Assembly (NCBI GenBank): GCA_002689605.1 | Contig: NZGY01000005.1 | Coordinates: forward strand, 1 to 52,267 | Source: Filomicrobium sp. | GTDB lineage: Bacteria > Pseudomonadota > Alphaproteobacteria > Rhizobiales > Hyphomicrobiaceae | Direction: 5' to 3' | Length of the DNA stretch: 52,267 nucleotides | Shown: positions 46,267-52,267 of the stretch, piece after piece | How the letters are laid out: every line of letters begins with the position of its first letter | How positions within the stretch are numbered: position 1 is the first letter of the stretch | The notes under the pieces: model-generated | Seen by the model: only the letters and a program-made list of their open reading frames with translations | What the model was told of the DNA's origin: nothing | Database searches by the model: none | Translations under genes and position numbers: made by a program

Positions 46267-47204
46267 AAGCTGTGCCTCCAATCGAGAACCATTTTGCTGC
46301 ATGCGGGTTCTAAGAAAGCGATGCGGTACGCTTCTTCTGCCTGCTCGAAATGTGATCGGTGTGAGATAAGACCGTTGAGGTCTAAGCGTCCCTCGTCGAT
46401 GAGGTGCTTCACCGCCTCTAAGTCCGCCGGCTGCCATTCCGCCGCCACCCGCAACCTTGCCTCTCGCATAAATGCCGGCGGGAATACAAACGATAGTGGT
46501 GTGGAGTAGAAGCCAGCGAGCACGACTTCCCCACCGTGTCTCAATCGACTTATGAGGAGATTGAGGATGTCAGGATCACCGCTTGCGTCGATTATTGTGG
46601 CATAGCCTGTCTCGGCATCCGTCTCGCTGGTCTTGATCTGATAACCTGCGGCACCGAGTGCGCGCTCGGCTTTGCGCTCCCACACGGTAGGGGGGTGACA
46701 ACCCTGAGCAATCGCGACCCTAGCAATCAGCCGCCCAAGCGTCCCGTGCCCGACAATAAGCATCGGACCAACTTGTGGAGACCCAGCTAAAATGTGATGA
46801 GCTGTAGCAGCAAGCGATAACAGGATGGCTTGCTCATTCAGGGCCTCATCAACCGGAACAGTACGATTTCCTGCTACAACTAGGCGAGAAGCTGCCGCAC
46901 CGAATAAGCCACTGGCATCACGATAGCATGTTGCCCCTGGGACAAACACGCGATCGCCAACTTTACGATCCGAGTCAGGACCTGCTTCTACGACCTCTCC
47001 TACTGCCTCATAACCCGGCACAAGCGGATAATGAAGACCGGGAAACCAAGGCATCTCACCCGTCCAGAGGAGGCGCTCAGTTCCTGCACTGACTCCACTC
47101 CAGATTGTATCGACCACGACATCACTGGAATTCGGCTCGTTCAGCGTGAGTGTGTCAAGCGTCAGCTGCTTGCCATGCTCAAATATCACCGCCGTCGTGT
47201 CCAT
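46263..47204 (-). CDS. bchC: Bacteriochlorophyllide a dehydrogenase
   Basis: 313 aa with a medium-chain dehydrogenase fold (VPGYEAVGEVVEAG and IVGHGTLGRL). It is the first gene of bchCXYZ. Confidence 0.9.
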   Translation of the reverse strand: MDTTAVIFEHGKQLTLDTLTLNEPNSSDVVVDTIWSGVSAGTERLLWTGEMPWFPGLHYPLVPGYEAVGEVVEAGPDSDRKVGDRVFVPGATCYRDASGLFGAAASRLVVAGNRTVPVDEALNEQAILLSLAATAHHILAGSPQVGPMLIVGHGTLGRLIARVAIAQGCHPPTVWERKAERALGAAGYQIKTSETDAETGYATIIDASGDPDILNLLISRLRHGGEVVLAGFYSTPLSFVFPPAFMREARLRVAAEWQPADLEAVKHLIDEGRLDLNGLISHRSHFEQAEEAYRIAFLEPACSKMVLDWRHSL

Positions 47205-47248
47205 TAGACCTGCCCTATTCGCGCCATCTGAAAACGTGGCCGCGCTGA

Positions 47249-47292
47249 TGTATCATTAATCAGACACTATTGACTGTCAATTAATTATTACA
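47249..47292. promoter_or_regulatory. Tandem PpsR/CrtJ palindromes overlapping a sigma70-like bchC promoter
   Basis: TGTATCATTAATCAGACA (47249-47266) and TGTCAATTAATTATTACA (47275-47292) are both exact, with an 8-bp spacer. On the minus strand, box 2 contains TTGACA (47280-47275). After a 17-nt spacer, AATGAT (47257-47252) lies inside box 1. This is the -35/-10 overlap arrangement known for Rhodobacter bchC. Confidence 0.7.
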
Positions 47293-47301
47293 CCCCATAT
47301 C

Positions 47302-48423
47302 TCAATCCTTGTTGGCGATGATAACTTGCGTCATCAACGGCCGCCTTGTTCTGAGGAGCTTTGGGTTGGCGAAGCCTGAATCGCCCAGGAGTTCGCGGAT
47401 ATGGTCCACCGTGCGTGTACGTCCGCGCCCCATGGCCATCAAATATAAACCAAAATACGCATCACTTAGGAGCTCCGCGCCTGGTGCACGCGACATCGGC
47501 TCAGCTATTAGAATGCGCCCTCCTGACGGCAGCGCTTTGTGCGCGGAGGATAAAAGATGCCGAACCTTATCATCATCGTGATCCAATAGGATACGAACCA
47601 GACTAATGATGTCTGCCGAACCTGGCAGAGGATCGCGATGGAAATCACCGCCTATAGCTGACGCCCGATACGCAAGGCCCATTCGTTTGAATTGAAGCTT
47701 AGCCTGCTCAGCAACAGATGGCAGGTCTAGAACGCACACATTGAGCTTCGGCGCACTCCTTGCCACTGCCGCAACAAACGCGCCGTTACCACCGCCAACG
47801 TCGAGCAGGCTCGAATGTTTTCGAAAGGAATACGCGGCTATGACATCACTTGAGATTTGCGGTTGCGTTGCAGCCATTAGCGCCGAATAGTTGTCAATTT
47901 CAGAGCTTTGAAGGTTTCTAACCTGATCATCGCCTTCAGCATAGGGCCAATACCCTGAAAGCTCCGTTGCTCCCTGCGCACCCCTGAGAATGGCGACTGG
48001 GTCTTGCGCATCCCGATAAAAAGTCTGATTGTGCTTAATCATCTGGATGACACCCGGGGCGCCACGCAGGGCTGCGCCCAGCTCGTCTAATCGATAGTGC
48101 CCGTTCCGTGTCCTGCTGATTAGACGCAGGGCCACCGCAGCATCAAGTAGACGCTCGGCACTGGCAGTCTCCAGCTTTGTCTTGGCCGCCAAATCCTCAG
48201 CCGAGATTGGCCCGGCAGCAAGAGTCTCAAGCACATCCAACTCTACACACGCTGTTACGATTTGGGTGTGAATGAAGCCAGTGCAGAGGGAAAATAGATC
48301 GCGCGCACGATTATTGGCGATGGTCCTGACAAATGGCAGACTCACGCTCCAGTCTTGGGCTTTGGGGTTGGCCAACAATTCGTCCCGCCGACGCCAAAGA
48401 TATTCCTGCAACGCTCCCAACAT
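47302..48423 (-). CDS. crtF: Demethylspheroidene / hydroxyneurosporene O-methyltransferase
   Basis: Class I SAM O-methyltransferase motif LLDVGGGNGAF with an N-terminal dimerisation/wHTH-like region. ATG 48423 is the likely start, and the ORF track uses TTG 48474. Confidence 0.88.
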   Translation of the reverse strand: MLGALQEYLWRRRDELLANPKAQDWSVSLPFVRTIANNRARDLFSLCTGFIHTQIVTACVELDVLETLAAGPISAEDLAAKTKLETASAERLLDAAVALRLISRTRNGHYRLDELGAALRGAPGVIQMIKHNQTFYRDAQDPVAILRGAQGATELSGYWPYAEGDDQVRNLQSSEIDNYSALMAATQPQISSDVIAAYSFRKHSSLLDVGGGNGAFVAAVARSAPKLNVCVLDLPSVAEQAKLQFKRMGLAYRASAIGGDFHRDPLPGSADIISLVRILLDHDDDKVRHLLSSAHKALPSGGRILIAEPMSRAPGAELLSDAYFGLYLMAMGRGRTRTVDHIRELLGDSGFANPKLLRTRRPLMTQVIIANKD

Positions 48424-48511
48424 CTCAATGCTCTTCGTAACTGCGGCCCGTAACACTGATTTTCCGCCGAGCAAGACGCTCCGCTTGGGCGGTCAGTAGA
48501 AAATCAATTTG

Positions 48512-48555
48512 TGTCAATATAATTTTACAGTTAGAATTGTCCATTAATTCGTTCA
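48512..48555. promoter_or_regulatory. PpsR/CrtJ palindrome pair in the divergent crtF/crtD region
   Basis: TGTCAATATAATTTTACA (48512-48529) is exact. After an 8-bp spacer, TGTCCATTAATTCGTTCA (48538-48555) has one mismatch. Confidence 0.55.
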
Positions 48556-48608
48556 ATAGACGGCCATGCCTGTCAAATTGGTGTGGCTCATGTGAAGGTC
48601 ACGCTGGC

Positions 48609-50153
48609 ATGCGTTCACCACGAGTCGTCATCGTTGGCGCCGGAGTAGGCGGCCTTGCTGCGGCAATGGAACTGGCAAGCGAGGGCTTCGATGTTTGCGT
48701 TCTCGAAGCGCAGCCAACAGTTGGCGGCAAAATCCGTCAACTGTCTGTGGGGGCGGGTCTTGCGATTGATTCTGGGCCAACTGTCTTCACAATGCGTCAC
48801 GTGTTCGACGAGCTGTTTGATCGCTGTGGAGCATCGTTGGAGGATCGTGTTTCTCTGCGACCACTCAGTGTCCTGGCCCGCCATCGCTGGAGAGGTGGAG
48901 CGCAGCTGGATCTATTTGCCGACAAAGAACAGAGCATCGCGGCGATTAGCGAGTTTAGCAGTCCAAAAGAAGGTAGGAGATACCGCGAATTCTGCCAGGT
49001 TGCCCGACGCACATTCGAGACGCTCGACCATACCTTCATGCGCGGCAGCAGGCCGAATGTCCTGCAACTGGTGATGCGGATTGCGATGGCCAATCCTGCC
49101 GGCCTTACAGCCATTCACCCTTTCCGCACACTTTGGCACGAGCTCGGTCGCCATTTTAGCGATCCACGTTTACGTCAGCTATTCGGTCGTTATGCAACCT
49201 ACTGTGGCGGCTCCCCCTTTCTGTCTCCCGGAACTCTGATGCTGATCGCACATGCCGAGCAGCAGGGTGTTTGGCTGATGGAAGGGGGCATGACCAGGCT
49301 CGTCAATGCAATGGCAGAACTCGCGACAGAGTTCGGTGCGCAGATTAGGTGCCACTCGCGCGTCGCCCAGATTCTTGCGAGCAATGGTCGAGCATGCGCA
49401 GTGCAGCTTGAAAGTGGTGAGGAGATAGCCTGCGATGCCATCGTGTTCAATGGTGATGCATCAGCTCTCGGCGCGGGCTTACTCGGTGAGAAAGTAGCGC
49501 AAGGTATCAAACCGGTTCCAAGGGAACGGCGCTCACAATCTGCTGTAACCATCTCCTGCATGGCCGAGGCAGATGGCGTCGACATGGCCCCGCACACCGT
49601 CCTGTTTGGCGACGACTATCAGTCGGAATTCGATGACGTATTCCGCCGCGAACGCCTGCCCGAAAAACCGACGATCTACATCCATGCGCCAGACAGGCCG
49701 GCCGACGCATCCCCGTCGGCGCCAGGAAGCGAACGACTTTTCTTACTTGTGAATGCCCCAGCAAACGGTGACTGCCACAATTACAGCGAGGAGGAGCTGA
49801 GGAAATGCGAGCAAAGAGCAAAGGTCACGATGATGAATTGTGGGCTGAACCTCCGTTTTTCGCAGGACCGGATGGTGTGGACAACACCGAACGATTTTGC
49901 GGAACTATTCCCGGGGACGGGGGGAGCACTGTTCGGCCTCGCTCCACACGGCTGGAAGTCGTCGTTCCGCCGACGCAGCAGCAGGTCTGGGCACAGCAAC
50001 CTTTACCTCGCGGGCGGCAGCGTCCATCCAGGCCCGGGCATTCCGATGGCAGCATTGTCCGGCCGCTTAGCCGCCGCCTCCGTGATCCGGGACTATCATT
50101 CGACAATGCAGTTGGTTCCGGCGGCTACCATTGGTGGTATGTCGACGGCCTAA
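48609..50153 (+). CDS. crtD: Methoxyneurosporene / hydroxyneurosporene desaturase (CrtD, phytoene desaturase family)
   Basis: ATG 48609 gives MRSPRVVIVGAGVGGLAAA (FAD fold). The blocks GGKIRQ, DSGPTVFTMRHVFDELF, LARHRW and LDLFAD match CrtD rather than CrtI. The gene is adjacent to crtC. Confidence 0.85.
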   Translation: MRSPRVVIVGAGVGGLAAAMELASEGFDVCVLEAQPTVGGKIRQLSVGAGLAIDSGPTVFTMRHVFDELFDRCGASLEDRVSLRPLSVLARHRWRGGAQLDLFADKEQSIAAISEFSSPKEGRRYREFCQVARRTFETLDHTFMRGSRPNVLQLVMRIAMANPAGLTAIHPFRTLWHELGRHFSDPRLRQLFGRYATYCGGSPFLSPGTLMLIAHAEQQGVWLMEGGMTRLVNAMAELATEFGAQIRCHSRVAQILASNGRACAVQLESGEEIACDAIVFNGDASALGAGLLGEKVAQGIKPVPRERRSQSAVTISCMAEADGVDMAPHTVLFGDDYQSEFDDVFRRERLPEKPTIYIHAPDRPADASPSAPGSERLFLLVNAPANGDCHNYSEEELRKCEQRAKVTMMNCGLNLRFSQDRMVWTTPNDFAELFPGTGGALFGLAPHGWKSSFRRRSSRSGHSNLYLAGGSVHPGPGIPMAALSGRLAAASVIRDYHSTMQLVPAATIGGMSTA

Positions 50154-51025
50154 GTAATGACGGGCAGTTAGGGATCACCGTTATCATATTTATCGGGAGC
50201 GTCTTTTCCCCATACTATGCCGTTAGCGGGCGCGGCCAGCCGGAGAACCACTGCGCGATCAATGTCGCTGTTTACAAACCACGCAATGCGGCCGACATAC
50301 GTGGCAATCGCTGGGCCATGACCGAGCGTCCACGTGGCCAATTGGCAAGATCAAAGCAGTGGATTTCAGTCGGACCAAGTAGTGCGCGCTGGGATCGGGA
50401 CCGGCTCATTATCGATATTGACGAGCATTCGTTTCCACTTCCTGGGCGAGTGCGCGGACGAGTGGAGGTTTGTCCGCAGAATATCTGCGACCGAGAGTTC
50501 GCACTTGATGCGAATCGGCAGCATCTTTGGCGACCAATAGCGCCACGAACAGAGATTTCGGTGGCCATGAGTAGCCCATCAGTATCGTGGACCGGTAGTG
50601 GGTACTTGGATGAAAATTACGGCACAGAACCATTGGAAGAGGGTTTTGAGAACTGGCATTGGTCCCGTGCGAACGTTGGCGACGAAGCGGTCATCCTGTA
50701 TGATATCGTTCGTCGCGGCGGCCGACATGCTGCCCTTGCCCTACGGATGGACTCCGCGGGCCAAATTGGGGTATTTGATCCGCCAGTTGCCCGCCAAATG
50801 AGAACAACACCTATCTGGCAGATGCACAGAGGCACACGCAGTGAGAACATTGCTCAACCGCTAACGACGCTCGAAGATACCCCGTTTTATGCGCGGTCAA
50901 AAATAAGAACCCGCCTACTCGGCATCGATACGGAAGCGATGCACGAAAGCCTGGCGCTCAATAGGTTGCGATCGCCAATCGTCAAAAGCTTGCTGCCTTG
51001 GCGAATGCCACGACAATTTTGGTAA
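49877..51025 (+). CDS. crtC: Hydroxyneurosporene synthase (acyclic carotenoid 1,2-hydratase); start codon unresolved
   Basis: The family-typical N-terminus SFDNAVGSGGYHWWYVDGLSNDGQLGITVIIFIGSVFSPYY begins at 50096. The frame is open back to ATG 49805. The nearest canonical in-frame starts are GTG 49877, TTG 49838 and ATG 49805, all deep inside crtD. I used GTG 49877 as a provisional start. Confidence 0.75.
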   Translation: MDNTERFCGTIPGDGGSTVRPRSTRLEVVVPPTQQQVWAQQPLPRGRQRPSRPGHSDGSIVRPLSRRLRDPGLSFDNAVGSGGYHWWYVDGLSNDGQLGITVIIFIGSVFSPYYAVSGRGQPENHCAINVAVYKPRNAADIRGNRWAMTERPRGQLARSKQWISVGPSSARWDRDRLIIDIDEHSFPLPGRVRGRVEVCPQNICDREFALDANRQHLWRPIAPRTEISVAMSSPSVSWTGSGYLDENYGTEPLEEGFENWHWSRANVGDEAVILYDIVRRGGRHAALALRMDSAGQIGVFDPPVARQMRTTPIWQMHRGTRSENIAQPLTTLEDTPFYARSKIRTRLLGIDTEAMHESLALNRLRSPIVKSLLPWRMPRQFW

Positions 51026-51071
51026 GTGCGGTTGCGCATGCCAACCGCTCGTTCTTGTCAAGTTTTGGGGT

Positions 51072-51506
51072 TTACTCAGGCTTCTTCGAGAACTGCTGAA
51101 GATAAGCAATCACGTCTGCTACCTTGTCCTTCTTTCGCAGCTTGAAGCTCATCTTTGTTCTTCCCGGCGCCTTCTGCCCCTTTTCCTTGAGGAATGTCTT
51201 GAGGAACTTCTGAGGATCGGGAAGGTATGCCGCCACCAGCTCAGGTGTCCAAATAAGTCCTGCTTCGCCAGCAGCTTTATTAATCTTGCTATACTTAAAC
51301 TTTGGATAGGTACCTGCCTTACGCCCAAAGACATCGTTAAGAACGGGTCCGATCTTAAGGCGAGCATTGTCTCCAACCATGTGGCACGTCTGACATTGGC
51401 GAAAGACTTTCTCGCCCTTCTTGGCATCTCCAGCTGCCACTACAGCGGTCTGACTTGTAGCCAAGGCTGTTGCAGCCAACAAAACTACTCTAGTTGAACC
51501 CATCAT
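51072..51506 (-). CDS. Soluble class I c-type cytochrome (c2/c550-like) with signal peptide
   Basis: 144 aa with the signal sequence MMGSTRVVLLAATALATSQTAVVAAG. It has a single CQTCH heme motif and a distal Met region (GRTKMSF). Confidence 0.8.
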   Translation of the reverse strand: MMGSTRVVLLAATALATSQTAVVAAGDAKKGEKVFRQCQTCHMVGDNARLKIGPVLNDVFGRKAGTYPKFKYSKINKAAGEAGLIWTPELVAAYLPDPQKFLKTFLKEKGQKAPGRTKMSFKLRKKDKVADVIAYLQQFSKKPE

Positions 51507-51558
51507 ACCTACTCCTCCCCTATGTTGCCTCTGATCGAATAACGTTGCTTGAGTATGG

Positions 51559-51891
51559 TTGGATCACACAGATCACAAGCGCCGAAGCTCACCGGATCTG
51601 ATGACACCAACACATCACGACTTGTCCAGGATGTCTGAGTTGAACCTAATCGCTGTTTACAACAAAGCTGCGAATAACACTGTCGTGACACCTTCTTTTC
51701 TACTAGACGAGATTCAGCGTCGCCGCATCGAGGCTCTGAACAAAGAGAGAGATGAGCAAGCGGATCGAATGGAGGCACAAGGACGACGAATGGAGCGTCT
51801 CACTCGAGCAATTTTTGCACTCACTGCTGTGAACGTCCTGATCGTTGTTCTAGCATTTGCCTCAGATATTGCCCGAAACATCATCGGTTAG
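51559..51891 (+). CDS. Hypothetical tail-anchored protein (charged coiled-coil-like segment and C-terminal TM)
   Basis: An open frame with possible starts at TTG 51559, ATG 51601 or ATG 51631. It has a charged helix (EIQRRRIEALNKERDEQADRMEAQGRRMERL) followed by the TM helix AIFALTAVNVLIVVLAFA. I recognise no family. Confidence 0.3.
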   Translation: MDHTDHKRRSSPDLMTPTHHDLSRMSELNLIAVYNKAANNTVVTPSFLLDEIQRRRIEALNKERDEQADRMEAQGRRMERLTRAIFALTAVNVLIVVLAFASDIARNIIG

Positions 51892-51917
51892 GGCGCGCGC
51901 TGATTGGCAACAAAAAA

Positions 51918-51942
51918 GCCCGGCAGGGCGAACCTGCCGGGC
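51918..51942 (-). terminator. Intrinsic terminator for the minus-strand ORF at 51956-52156
   Basis: GCCCGGCAGG (51918-51927) pairs with CCTGCCGGGC (51933-51942) around a 5-nt loop. A run of six T follows on the minus strand (A-run at 51912-51917 on plus). Confidence 0.6.
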
Positions 51943-51955
51943 TGATGACGCCTGG

Positions 51956-52156
51956 TTATGCAAGCCGGATCTCTTGGGACCGGCCGGCACGTTCTTTGAT
52001 CACAATCCCTGCTGCGCAGAGCTTTTTGACTTCACGGTGCGCGGTGGCTTCCGATAGGTCGGCCAGTTCTGCCAGTCGACGGTTGGTGACGGATCCGCGC
52101 TGCTTTTGCAGTACCTCGAGCACGGGGCTGATTTCCCGTGCCCGCGCATCAATCAC
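51956..52156 (-). CDS. Small winged-helix/HTH-like DNA-binding protein (66 aa), possibly an N-terminally truncated remnant
   Basis: GTG start. The segment NRRLAELADLSEATAHREVKKLCAAGIV has the look of an HTH recognition unit. The frame is open a further 22 codons upstream without a start codon. Confidence 0.35.
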   Translation of the reverse strand: MIDARAREISPVLEVLQKQRGSVTNRRLAELADLSEATAHREVKKLCAAGIVIKERAGRSQEIRLA

Positions 52157-52244
52157 TCGAGGCGCTGCATGGCGAGGTGCTGGTCCTCCCCCTGTGAAGT
52201 GTTCCGACTCGAAGTATGGGTTTTATCCCTGAGGAGGACTGAAA

Positions 52245-52267
52245 ATGCCGAAGAAAAGACACAAGCC
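52245..52267 (+). CDS. First 7 codons of a gene running off the right edge; possibly an IS3-family (IS407-group) transposase orfA
   Basis: GAGGAGG lies 8 nt upstream of ATG 52245, and the translation is MPKKRHK. That N-terminus resembles M-KKRH-PEEI starts of IS3-family OrfA proteins as I recall them. Seven residues is very thin evidence. Confidence 0.2.

Noticed and set aside
46267-46437. N-terminal extensions given by the ORF track, shown here for bchX (394 aa); the same applies to hemA (448 aa), puhA (321 aa), hemF (334 aa), crtD (538 aa), hemE (376 aa) and the pucC-like gene (489 aa)
   Set aside because: The extensions overlap upstream genes or lack family similarity. Internal ATG or GTG codons with Shine-Dalgarno sequences or ATGA-type coupling reproduce the conserved family N-termini.
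51072-51506. Candidate for the missing RC tetraheme cytochrome pufC
   Set aside because: It has only one CXXCH motif and is 144 aa with a Sec signal peptide, so it is a soluble class I cytochrome c and not the four-heme PufC of about 350 aa.

Overview
This 52.3-kb window is almost entirely one alphaproteobacterial photosynthesis gene cluster (PGC, about 600-51500), with insertion-sequence remnants at one and possibly both edges. Gene order, with > and < marking strand: [IS21-family istB tail and terminal repeats, 1-240] bciA> <hemC hemE> <hemF <orf115 crtY> <crtW <crtE <DUF3422 gene (in-frame TGA) <bchO <bchD <bchI dxs> <orf93 <bchP <pucC-like <bchG <ppsR <ppaA bchF-bchN-bchB-bchH-bchL-bchM-lhaA-puhA-puhB-(bciE-like)-acsF-puhE-hemA> <DUF2306-like membrane protein <pufM <pufL <pufA <pufB <pufQ <bchZ <bchY <bchX <bchC <crtF crtD-crtC> <cytochrome c, orf110> <small wHTH ORF, then a possible IS3-type orfA start at the right edge. 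pufB (53 aa) is missing from the ORF track and I translated it by hand. I located PpsR/CrtJ-type palindromes (TGT-N12-ACA) in seven promoter regions, several as tandem pairs 7-8 bp apart. I also found a 14-bp intercistronic stem-loop between pufA and pufL. The gene content points to aerobic pigment synthesis: acsF and hemF are present while bchE and hemN are absent, and bciA is present. The puf operon is Rhodobacter-type (pufQ present, no pufC). The following are not in the window: pucBA, crtI, crtB, crtA, bchE, bchJ, tspO, idi, pufC, pufX and puhC. I do not see a clearly novel multi-gene system. The points most worth follow-up are: (1) the missing puhC, with a small soluble ORF directly upstream of acsF; (2) a 7-TM DUF2306-like gene in the slot after pufM; (3) a crtC frame with no canonical start near its conserved N-terminus, overlapping crtD; (4) an in-frame TGA at codon 10 of a DUF3422 gene embedded in the PGC; (5) crtY plus crtE-crtW sitting beside crtCDF without crtI or crtB; (6) the IS flanks. 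All family assignments rest on motif recognition from memory, because no database search was possible.
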